64,000 nt of DNA, from contig JAOKFJ010000004.1 of the NCBI GenBank assembly GCA_028247015.1, forward strand, positions 652-64,651, in the 5' to 3' direction. Below, in pieces: positions 46,916 through 55,519 of the stretch. Position numbers and translations under genes: made by a program. Positions within the stretch are counted from its first letter, which is position 1, and each line of letters begins with the position of its first letter. Source of the DNA: Methylophilaceae bacterium. GTDB lineage: Bacteria; Pseudomonadota; Gammaproteobacteria; Burkholderiales; Methylophilaceae. The notes beneath the pieces are model-generated. The model saw only the letters and a program-made list of their open reading frames with translations. It was not told the origin of the DNA and ran no database searches.

Positions 46916-47704
46916 TTAACCACTAATCATAAATGATGTAAGTACAAAATCTAGCGCCAGAATAGCTAATGATGAGGTAACAACTGTTCTCGTTGTAGCA
47001 CGACTTACGCCCTCTGCAGTTGGAGGAGCATCAAAACCCTCAAAAAGTGCAATAATTGTACATGCAATCCCAAACACCACACTCTTAATCACCCCATTAA
47101 TAATATCAAATCTAAAGTCAACATTCGCTTGCATCTGGGACCAAAATGCCCCCTCATCAACCCCAATTACTGGAACAGCAACTACATAACCCCCTAAGAC
47201 ACCTACCATTGAGAAAATTGAAGCCAATATAGGCATCGTAATTACGCCAGCCCAAAATCTTGGGGCAATGATTCTTGCAATAGGACTTACCGCCATCATC
47301 TCCATAGCTGATAATTGTTCTGTTGCTTTCATAAGTCCTATTTCAGCAGTTATAGCAGTTCCTGCTCTTCCTGCAAATAAAAGTGCTGTAACAACAGGAC
47401 CTAATTCCCTAACCAATGCCAATGCAACTAATACTCCAATAGCCTCAGATGACCCGTATTTTTGTAGCGTATAGTATCCTTGCAGACCAAGCACCATTCC
47501 AACAAAAAATGCAGAAACGATTATAATTATCAATGACATTACCCCTGTAAAGTATATTTCACGAATAGTCAGGTGAATTCTTTTAAAGCTGTCAGCAGAA
47601 TAAATTAATATAAGAATGAAAAGTCTAGTTGCAGCACCAAGTCTAAGTGCGCGACTTGAAAAAGCATTACCTATTTTTTCAAAAAAATTTAATAAAGTTT
47701 TCAT
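46916..47704 (-). CDS. mlaE: Permease MlaE
   Basis: RELGPVVTALLFAGRAG, EIGLMKATEQ. Confidence 0.97.
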   Translation of the reverse strand: MKTLLNFFEKIGNAFSSRALRLGAATRLFILILIYSADSFKRIHLTIREIYFTGVMSLIIIIVSAFFVGMVLGLQGYYTLQKYGSSEAIGVLVALALVRELGPVVTALLFAGRAGTAITAEIGLMKATEQLSAMEMMAVSPIARIIAPRFWAGVITMPILASIFSMVGVLGGYVVAVPVIGVDEGAFWSQMQANVDFRFDIINGVIKSVVFGIACTIIALFEGFDAPPTAEGVSRATTRTVVTSSLAILALDFVLTSFMISG

Positions 47705-47719
47705 ATTTTTAATTAACTT

Positions 47720-48514
47720 CTAAAGATCTAAGTCCTCTTTTATGCTCGGTGCATTATAGTGAAAAGGAACTGGCCCATCCTTTTCGGCATGAATAAATTG
47801 TTTAACAAAAGGTAATTTAGAGGCCATTAATTGTTTTGGAGAACCTTCTGCAGCAACTACCCCGTCCGCAACAAAATATATATAATCTGCAAATGAAAAT
47901 GTTTCTGCAACATCATGAGTTACTATTATTGATGTAGCGCCTAATGCATCATTTAATGATCTGATTAAATCACATATAACTGCCATTGAAATTGGATCTA
48001 GGCCAGCAAATGGTTCATCGTACATAATGATATCAGGATCTAATGCAATTGCTCTTGCTAAGGCTACCCGTCTTGCCATACCTCCTGATAATTCAGGGGG
48101 CATTAAGTATGCTGCTCCCCTCAATCCCACGGCATTCAATTTTAACAAAACCAAATCTTTTATTATATTCTCAGGTAAATCTGTATGCTCTCTCATTGGA
48201 AATGCGACATTCTCAAAAACTGAAAGGTCACTAAAAAGTGCTCCGTGCTGAAATAACATTCCCATTTTCCTACGTAACCGATAAATGCCATCTCTATTTT
48301 GTTTGTGTACGATTGTACCGTCGACTTCTACCTGACCAGAATTTGGCTTTATTTGTCCCCCAATTAATCTGAGAATAGTGGTTTTACCACTGCCACTCCC
48401 ACCCATAATGGCTGATACTTTACCTCGCGGAAACTCCATATCAATACCTTTGTGCAAAAGGTGATTGCCATAACCAAAATTTAAATCTTTAATGGAGATA
48501 ATGCTGTTTGACAT
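47720..48514 (-). CDS. mlaF: ATPase MlaF
   Basis: GGSGSGKT, LSGGMARR, YDEPFAGLDP. Confidence 0.96.
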   Translation of the reverse strand: MSNSIISIKDLNFGYGNHLLHKGIDMEFPRGKVSAIMGGSGSGKTTILRLIGGQIKPNSGQVEVDGTIVHKQNRDGIYRLRRKMGMLFQHGALFSDLSVFENVAFPMREHTDLPENIIKDLVLLKLNAVGLRGAAYLMPPELSGGMARRVALARAIALDPDIIMYDEPFAGLDPISMAVICDLIRSLNDALGATSIIVTHDVAETFSFADYIYFVADGVVAAEGSPKQLMASKLPFVKQFIHAEKDGPVPFHYNAPSIKEDLDL

Positions 48515-48575
48515 ATTTTATTGAATCTAAAATTTAATTAACTTATGTTAATTCTAACTTAAAATGGTCAAATTT

Positions 48576-49685
48576 TTATAATTCACCGTACGAATGTAAA
48601 CCAGACAAAAATAAATTAACTCCTAAAAAACAAAAAGCTGTAATAAATAGGCCAATAATTGACCACCACGCAAGTAAATTACCCCTAAGGCCTTTAATTA
48701 GCCTTAAATGAAGCCAAGCTGCATAATTTAGCCATACAATTAGAGCCCACGTTTCTTTGGGATCCCATGACCAATAACCGCCCCATGCTTCAGCTGCCCA
48801 AACTGCGCCAAGTATTGTCGCAATTGTAAAAAATATAAAACCAATAGCTATTGTTCGATAAGTCATATCTTCCAAGATATCTTTTTCAGGTAGATATTTA
48901 GTTAACCATCCCTTATCTACAACAAGATATGCCGTAGAAACCATAGCCGCAATTGCAAACGCCCCATAACCAATAAAATTAGCTGGTACATGAATTTTCA
49001 TCCAATATGACTGCAAGGCTGGAACTAAAGGCTGGATCTCATGTGCTCCTTTTGCAAAGCTATACCAAAGTAAAAAACCTACTGCAACATTAATGATTAC
49101 TAAAATAAAGGCCCCGAGCTTTTTTGTTGCTATTCGTTCCTCATAATACATATAAATTAAAGCAGTAATTATACAAAATAAAACAAACACTTCATAAAGA
49201 TTACTAATTGGAATATGTCCGATATCAATATTAATTAAATAAGATTCATACCATCGAATAAGTAGACCAGCTGTGCCGAGAGTTGTTGCAATCCATACTA
49301 AACTAGAAGCCAACTTACCTGAAAATTCTTGAGAATTAAAAAGATGAACCCAGTAAATAATTAAACTTAATGGATACAATGCACTCATCCACATTATTGC
49401 TGATTGGCTTGAGAGAAAATATTTTAAAAGGAAACTTTCTTCAACAATTAATAAATTTCCCTTATAAAGAAAGATTGATAAAAAAGATAGCAGGAAAATA
49501 GTAACGAAGAAGTTCTTAAAGTTTGTCCAAGAAAATCCTAACCATGAAAAAACAAAAATAGAACTAATTAAAATAGCAACCTCATAGCCATCCATATAAT
49601 TATGAAACTGAATCAAGGCATAAGAGGCTAAAAGAAATAACCCACCCATGAAAATTTTATTATAAAGACTCACTTGATTCATCAT
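48576..49685 (-). CDS. ccsA: Cytochrome c biogenesis system II heme lyase CcsA (ResC)
   Basis: WAAEAWGGYWSWDPKE WWD domain, C-terminal GLHSY. Confidence 0.95.
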   Translation of the reverse strand: MMNQVSLYNKIFMGGLFLLASYALIQFHNYMDGYEVAILISSIFVFSWLGFSWTNFKNFFVTIFLLSFLSIFLYKGNLLIVEESFLLKYFLSSQSAIMWMSALYPLSLIIYWVHLFNSQEFSGKLASSLVWIATTLGTAGLLIRWYESYLINIDIGHIPISNLYEVFVLFCIITALIYMYYEERIATKKLGAFILVIINVAVGFLLWYSFAKGAHEIQPLVPALQSYWMKIHVPANFIGYGAFAIAAMVSTAYLVVDKGWLTKYLPEKDILEDMTYRTIAIGFIFFTIATILGAVWAAEAWGGYWSWDPKETWALIVWLNYAAWLHLRLIKGLRGNLLAWWSIIGLFITAFCFLGVNLFLSGLHSYGEL

Positions 49686-49687
49686 AC

Positions 49688-51640
49688 TTATCCTTTTTTA
49701 CTTAATGAATTTAATTTATTTTTTATATCATCTGCATATTTATCAAAAGTTAGATGATGGCGATTTGTTGTTAATGTTAATAAAATATTTTTGCTATTTT
49801 TCTTTTTTAGTACCCATAAACGAACCTCTTGAATATAAATCATACAAAAAATTCCAATCACTAACATAATAGAGCCTAAGTAGACCCAGAACTTACCTGG
49901 GGATTTTGTTAACTGTAACCCACTCGCTTGGACATGCTCAAATTCTTTTAATTCAAGAAATAAAGGAGTCCCATAAAAAAAACTATCACTATATGCATTT
50001 AATGCATCCTGAGTGAAGAATGGTAAATCTTCCAAATCAAAATATTTAGTTGATACATTATTATCTTGATAATCAAGTAATATTTGATTTGCTACTAATA
50101 GAATGATTTTAATATAGGCATTTGCAGCAGATTCTTGCTCTGACCCAGGAATATTCTTATCAATACTTAGCGCTATTGCGTTATAGCCACCTTGTTGAAA
50201 AGTTTTAAAAAGTTTTAATGTGCTTAACATTAAATTATCAGTGTCAACCTCTTTAGTCGAAGAGGAAGATAAGATTACTTTATTAATAGCACTTTCAATA
50301 ATTTTCTTATCCAAGAGTAAATTCTTAAGAATAAAAAACCCTTCAAGACTCCCTTTACCATCTGCAGGTATTTTTAAAAACTTATAATCTTCCTGAGGTG
50401 TTGGTCTCATTCCACTTACGAAAAAGTATCTTCCTTCTAACTGCATTGGCATTTGATATGTTTGATATTCATTTGCCTGTCCAGATTGATTTCTAATTTT
50501 ATAAGTAAAATTCGGCCCTACATTTTGTGAATTCTTTTTTTGAGAGCTATCAATATCTAAAATATTAAATAGTCTAAAGTCCTCAAATTCAAAAGAATAT
50601 GATTGATCCATATAAATTAGATTGTTACTCTTGAAAACTTCAGCATTCATAGATTGCGATCTATCATTCGACTGAAGGTCTGTAACCAAAATATTTAATT
50701 TTGTTCCACCATCTTGAAAGTCTGACTGATAGATTGTCACTCCCTCAAAAGTTAATGGCTTATTAACACTTATTTTTTTCTCTTTTATCTTGCCTGTTAC
50801 CTTACTTGTTAAGATCAAATCACTTTCATATGATTTTGGCTGCCCAGAAGAATAATGCTCAATATTAAAATCTTTTAGTCCAACAGAGAAGGGCAATTCT
50901 TGGATTAAGTAACCATCTTTAGAAGGAATAACACCAACATCCTGTTTCTCACCTTCAGATAATAATACGTTAGCTCGATATGAAAAATTATCTGCATCTA
51001 GACGACTTTTTCTAGGTATCTCAGATAAAGGTATATCTTGAGTCTGTATTTCTTTAAGACCTAATAATTCCTGTGTTTTTAATTTTAAATTACCATCCAG
51101 AATTCCTCCAACACTAATGACAATGATAGCAAGATGAGTAAATATATAGCCTAGCTTCTGAAAACTACCTTTCTTTGCAACAATCAATAAATCACCAGAA
51201 GAATTAATTTTCTCACGAACTTTAAAATTATTCTTTTCTAATAAAGAAATTAAATTTAGTTTATTAAATACAGGTAGCTTTATTTCATAGGAATGCTTAA
51301 AAGAGCGAAGAGATTTCTCGCGAATTTGATCCTGAAATTTTTGATATTCTCTAAGAATGCTGGGGCTATTTCTAATAACGCACAAAGAGGTTGAAGAAAT
51401 AAGGAAGACTAAAATAATCAAAAACCATACAGCCTGATAAACATTAAATAGATCTAGGTGCTTAAAAATATCAAACCAGAATTGCCCAAACTTTATAATA
51501 TAACTTTCATAGGGCTGTTTTTGTTTTAATATTGTTCCAATAATCGAGGCAATACCCACAAAAGAAAGCATTGTGATTGCAAATCTCATTGAGCTCATCA
51601 GTTGCGAAAAACTCATTTTTTTATTGTTATTAGCTATCAA
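49688..51640 (-). CDS. resB: Cytochrome c biogenesis system II protein ResB/CcsB
   Basis: SSMRFAI, GYIFTH, VNKPL, IYQSDF, SGLQLTKSPG. Confidence 0.93.
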   Translation of the reverse strand: MIANNNKKMSFSQLMSSMRFAITMLSFVGIASIIGTILKQKQPYESYIIKFGQFWFDIFKHLDLFNVYQAVWFLIILVFLISSTSLCVIRNSPSILREYQKFQDQIREKSLRSFKHSYEIKLPVFNKLNLISLLEKNNFKVREKINSSGDLLIVAKKGSFQKLGYIFTHLAIIVISVGGILDGNLKLKTQELLGLKEIQTQDIPLSEIPRKSRLDADNFSYRANVLLSEGEKQDVGVIPSKDGYLIQELPFSVGLKDFNIEHYSSGQPKSYESDLILTSKVTGKIKEKKISVNKPLTFEGVTIYQSDFQDGGTKLNILVTDLQSNDRSQSMNAEVFKSNNLIYMDQSYSFEFEDFRLFNILDIDSSQKKNSQNVGPNFTYKIRNQSGQANEYQTYQMPMQLEGRYFFVSGMRPTPQEDYKFLKIPADGKGSLEGFFILKNLLLDKKIIESAINKVILSSSSTKEVDTDNLMLSTLKLFKTFQQGGYNAIALSIDKNIPGSEQESAANAYIKIILLVANQILLDYQDNNVSTKYFDLEDLPFFTQDALNAYSDSFFYGTPLFLELKEFEHVQASGLQLTKSPGKFWVYLGSIMLVIGIFCMIYIQEVRLWVLKKKNSKNILLTLTTNRHHLTFDKYADDIKNKLNSLSKKG

Positions 51641-51701
51641 ATTTGACCTATATTTTCTAAGGATTTAATTAACAGTAGGTATAAAAATATCAAGCAGCTC
51701 T

Positions 51702-52328
51702 TTACTGCAAGCCTTGAATATAATCTGATACCGCCTGCATTTCTTTTTCTGTTAACTTTTGAGCAATGGTCCTCATCATCATTCCCTCATCATTACTTCG
51801 CTTTTCTAGTCTAAATAAATTTAGTTGTGATAGTGAATACTCAGAATGCTGTCCATTTAGCCTAGGATAAACATCCGGAACTCCATGACCAGCAGGACCA
51901 TGACAGCTTGCACATGCTGGTACACCCTTATCTGATAATCCTCCACGATAAATTTTTTCTCCTAAGGATCCCTTTCCATTAGTTTTTGCTGATGATAGCT
52001 TAAGGCTCTGCATAGAAAAATAGAGCCCTAAGTTTTTCATATCATCTTCAGTTAGACTTGCTACCATTCCTGCCATTACTGCATTTTCTCTTGAACCATT
52101 TTTAAAGTTCATAAGTTGCTTTGTGATATAGGCGGAATGTTGGCCAGCTAATTTTGGATTCATACTGATAGAGCTATTACCATCAATCGCGTGACATGCA
52201 ATACATAAATTATTTACTATTTTTTTTGCTGACAAATATTGATTTGACTCTTTTTGCGGCTCTGCAAACAAAGAAAAGCTGATGCTCATTGCACCTAATA
52301 AAATAAAAAAATAGTTTCTGATTAACAT
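51702..52328 (-). CDS. Diheme cytochrome c4
   Basis: Signal peptide, CIACH and CASCH, PKLAGQ. Confidence 0.94.
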   Translation of the reverse strand: MLIRNYFFILLGAMSISFSLFAEPQKESNQYLSAKKIVNNLCIACHAIDGNSSISMNPKLAGQHSAYITKQLMNFKNGSRENAVMAGMVASLTEDDMKNLGLYFSMQSLKLSSAKTNGKGSLGEKIYRGGLSDKGVPACASCHGPAGHGVPDVYPRLNGQHSEYSLSQLNLFRLEKRSNDEGMMMRTIAQKLTEKEMQAVSDYIQGLQ

Positions 52329-52414
52329 TTAAACTCCGACTGTGTTTTAAAATGAGACATTTTAACTAAAATAGGTTCAACGTGATAGCATTTACTTCTT
52401 TCAAGGGTATATAA

Positions 52415-53029
52415 ATGGCTTTACTACAAAATGCTAAATTTATTATTTCAGCTAATCATTTCAATGAATTGCCTGAAGATGGTGGTTATGAAATAGCATT
52501 CGCTGGTCGCTCAAATGCTGGAAAATCAAGTGCCATCAATGCGCTTAGCAATCAAAATCGTCTTGCCTACGTTAGTAAGCAGCCAGGTAGGACGCAATTA
52601 ATTAATTTTTTTAAAATTGATGATGACAAATCGCTCGTCGATCTTCCTGGCTATGGATATGCTAAGGTGCCCACAAATATAAGAAACCATTGGCAAAGAA
52701 CATTACCTCGCTACCTGCAAGAACGGGAATGTCTAGTGGGATTAATCATTGTTATGGATATCCGACGACCTCTTACAGAACTAGATATCAGAATGCTAGA
52801 CTGGTTTGCTCCCCGTCAAAAGCCTATTCATGTTCTTTTAACTAAAAGTGATAAATTATCTCGTGAGAAATCTCTAAGAACTCTATCTGACGTCCAGAAT
52901 AAAATAAAGGAACAATGGGGTGATTTATATCAAACTGAATGTACTGTCCAGTTATTTTCTAGCCTTAAGAAGAAAGGTATAGAGGAGGCAGATAGTAAAA
53001 TACAATCCTGGTTATTGCCTAATAAATAA
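52415..53029 (+). CDS. yihA: Ribosome biogenesis GTPase YihA/EngB
   Basis: GRSNAGKS, PGRT, DLPGYG, TKSD. Confidence 0.97.
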   Translation: MALLQNAKFIISANHFNELPEDGGYEIAFAGRSNAGKSSAINALSNQNRLAYVSKQPGRTQLINFFKIDDDKSLVDLPGYGYAKVPTNIRNHWQRTLPRYLQERECLVGLIIVMDIRRPLTELDIRMLDWFAPRQKPIHVLLTKSDKLSREKSLRTLSDVQNKIKEQWGDLYQTECTVQLFSSLKKKGIEEADSKIQSWLLPNK

Positions 53030-53692
53030 TATATCCCATACTTGATGTCCTAATCGAATCCCACGATTCTCATACTTAGTATTGGGTCTATGATCCGGCT
53101 TAGTAAAAAACTCACTCGTTTTAAGTGAAAAATTACTAGTCATCTTAAATACGTCAAGAATACATAACGCATAATCTTCCCAATCAGTAGAGATATGAAC
53201 ATAACCATTTTTTTTTATTTTTTTACCAATCGTTTCTATAAAGTCAGATTGGATTAATCTTCTTTTATTATGCTTCTTCTTATGCCATGGATCAGGGAAA
53301 AAAATATGAACTCCATCAAGCGAAGATTTTGGAATCATATGCTCTAATACTTCAACAGCATCATGTTGAATAATTCTTAAATTTTTAATTTCTTTTTCAT
53401 TGATTCTGTTAAGTAGATTTCCTACTCCAGGCGAATGCACTTCGATACCTATGAAATTAAAATCTGAAAAATTTGAAGCAATTTTTGCAGTTGTATCCCC
53501 CATCCCAAAACCTATTTCAAGAATTATTTTCTTTTTAGTTGTACTAAAAATAGAATCAAAATTAATCTTTTTATTTTGAAAAGGAATAATAAATTCTTTT
53601 GAAAATTTATCGAACGCAGCAGATTGATATTTAGTCAGTCTTCCTTGACGTAAAACATAACTTCGAATTGGTCTAATAGCATTTTTTAGCAT
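53012..53692 (-). CDS. trmB: tRNA (guanine-N7) methyltransferase
   Basis: LEIGFGMG, FFPDPWHKKKH, TKYE. Confidence 0.97.
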   Translation of the reverse strand: MLKNAIRPIRSYVLRQGRLTKYQSAAFDKFSKEFIIPFQNKKINFDSIFSTTKKKIILEIGFGMGDTTAKIASNFSDFNFIGIEVHSPGVGNLLNRINEKEIKNLRIIQHDAVEVLEHMIPKSSLDGVHIFFPDPWHKKKHNKRRLIQSDFIETIGKKIKKNGYVHISTDWEDYALCILDVFKMTSNFSLKTSEFFTKPDHRPNTKYENRGIRLGHQVWDILFIRQ

Positions 53693-53792
53693 AGTAAATT
53701 TACAATTTTATATATATTTAAACTTCTATTTTAATTTGTAATAGTAATATTATTCATGAGGTAGATTATAATAGACAAATACAAATAACATA

Positions 53793-54557
53793 ATGAATAT
53801 GACGTCCTCTAAAAAATTTGCATTAATTACTGGTGGCTCAAGAAGAATTGGGGCTGCTATTTGTCGAAATCTGCATAAAGCAGGTATTGATATAATGATT
53901 CACTACCGAAATTCCAAAGAAGATGCAGTTACCCTTCAAAAAGAACTTAATAATATTCGAGAAGATTCTGCCTGCCTAGTCCAAGCAAATCTTCTAGAAT
54001 TCGAAAGTTATGAGTACATCATCAAAGAAATGATTAGCTCATTCGGCAATATAGATTTTTTAATTAATAATGCTTCAAGCTTTTACCCGACAAAGGTTGG
54101 AGATATTTCATCAGAACACTGGGAAGATCTAATTTCGACCAACCTAAAAGCACCATTATTCCTTAGTCAATTCGCATATCCTTATCTTAAAAAAAATAAG
54201 GGTGCAATTGTTAATATTACAGATGCCCGTATTGCTGATCCAAAAAAAGGTTATGCAGTTTATTCTCTTGCAAAATCTGGACTTGAAAATCTAACAAAAT
54301 CTCTAGCTAATGATTTAGGTCCTGATATTAGAGTAAATGCTGTTGCCCCTGGAGCTATTATCTGGCCAGAAATAGATTCGCAATACGGGCGTCATAGTCA
54401 AGAATATGACAAAAAATATCGAGATGAGGTTATCAATCAATCAATACTAAAAAGGTTAGGTGAGCCAGCTGATATTGCAAAAGCAGTAGAATTTTTATTA
54501 TTAAATGCACCTTTTGTTACAGGTGAAACTATAAGCGTCGATGGAGGAAGACACTAA
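53793..54557 (+). CDS. Pteridine reductase (SDR, FolM/PTR1-like)
   Basis: [24 protein letters not shown]. Confidence 0.88.
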   Translation: MNMTSSKKFALITGGSRRIGAAICRNLHKAGIDIMIHYRNSKEDAVTLQKELNNIREDSACLVQANLLEFESYEYIIKEMISSFGNIDFLINNASSFYPTKVGDISSEHWEDLISTNLKAPLFLSQFAYPYLKKNKGAIVNITDARIADPKKGYAVYSLAKSGLENLTKSLANDLGPDIRVNAVAPGAIIWPEIDSQYGRHSQEYDKKYRDEVINQSILKRLGEPADIAKAVEFLLLNAPFVTGETISVDGGRH

Positions 54558-54559
54558 TC

Positions 54560-55420
54560 ATGGATTTAGAAATTCTTCCAAGACAATCTTCTCAAAGTTT
54601 CCTAAAATTAAGAAAAAAATTAATTGGCCTTACTGGTAAAGCTATTATGCATTTTAATATGATCGAAGATAGTGATCGAGTTATGGTATGTATGAGTGGA
54701 GGTAAGGATTCTTATACAATGCTTACAATGCTATTAGCATTGAAAAAAAGAGCTCCCATCAACTTTGATATTGTTGCAGTAAATTTAGATCAGAAACAGC
54801 CAAACTTTCCTCAAGATGTTCTACCAAACTATTTTATAAATTATGGCATTCCATATGAAATTATTAACGAAGATACTTATTCAATTGTAAAATCTAAGAT
54901 TCCAGAAGGAAAAACTACCTGTTCATTATGTTCAAGATTAAGAAGAGGAATTCTATATAAGACCGCTAGCAGAATAGGTGCTACTAAAATTGCTTTAGGC
55001 CATCATAAGAATGATATCGTAGAAACATTTTTCTTAAACATGTTTCATGGGTCAAAATTAAAATCAATGCCCCCAAAGCTACTATCTGATGATAAAAAGA
55101 ATATTATTATTCGACCACTTGCATTTTGCGAGGAAAAAGATATTAAAAGTTATGCCAATGCTATGAATTTTCCTATTATACCTTGTGACTTATGTGGTTC
55201 GCAAAAAAATCTAGAGAGAGAGAAAATTAAATCAATGCTAAACAACTGGGAGAAAGATAGTCCCGGTCGAGTAAACAATATATTTGGAGCTTTATCAAAT
55301 ATTGAGTTATCACAGCTTGCGGATAAGAGTTTATTTGATTTTGAATCTCTCAAAATATCAAGTAATTCTAAAGAAAATATAGAATTAATTAGAACCATAA
55401 ATTTTATGGCGCAATCCTAA
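54560..55420 (+). CDS. ttcA: tRNA 2-thiocytidine(32) synthetase
   Basis: SGGKDS PP-loop, [18 protein letters not shown]. Confidence 0.97.
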   Translation: MDLEILPRQSSQSFLKLRKKLIGLTGKAIMHFNMIEDSDRVMVCMSGGKDSYTMLTMLLALKKRAPINFDIVAVNLDQKQPNFPQDVLPNYFINYGIPYEIINEDTYSIVKSKIPEGKTTCSLCSRLRRGILYKTASRIGATKIALGHHKNDIVETFFLNMFHGSKLKSMPPKLLSDDKKNIIIRPLAFCEEKDIKSYANAMNFPIIPCDLCGSQKNLEREKIKSMLNNWEKDSPGRVNNIFGALSNIELSQLADKSLFDFESLKISSNSKENIELIRTINFMAQS

Positions 55421-55457
55421 AAAGTGGAAAAAATTATCCTTAATATATTTATTTAAC

Positions 55458-55486
55458 TTGAATAGTTTTCATTTTCTACATATGAT
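55458..55486 (+). promoter_or_regulatory. Putative sigma70 promoter of topA
   Basis: TTGAAT-17 nt-TATGAT. Confidence 0.55.
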
Positions 55487-55519
55487 GCCTAGTTTTTAAC
55501 CCTAGTTAAAAATCGACAC

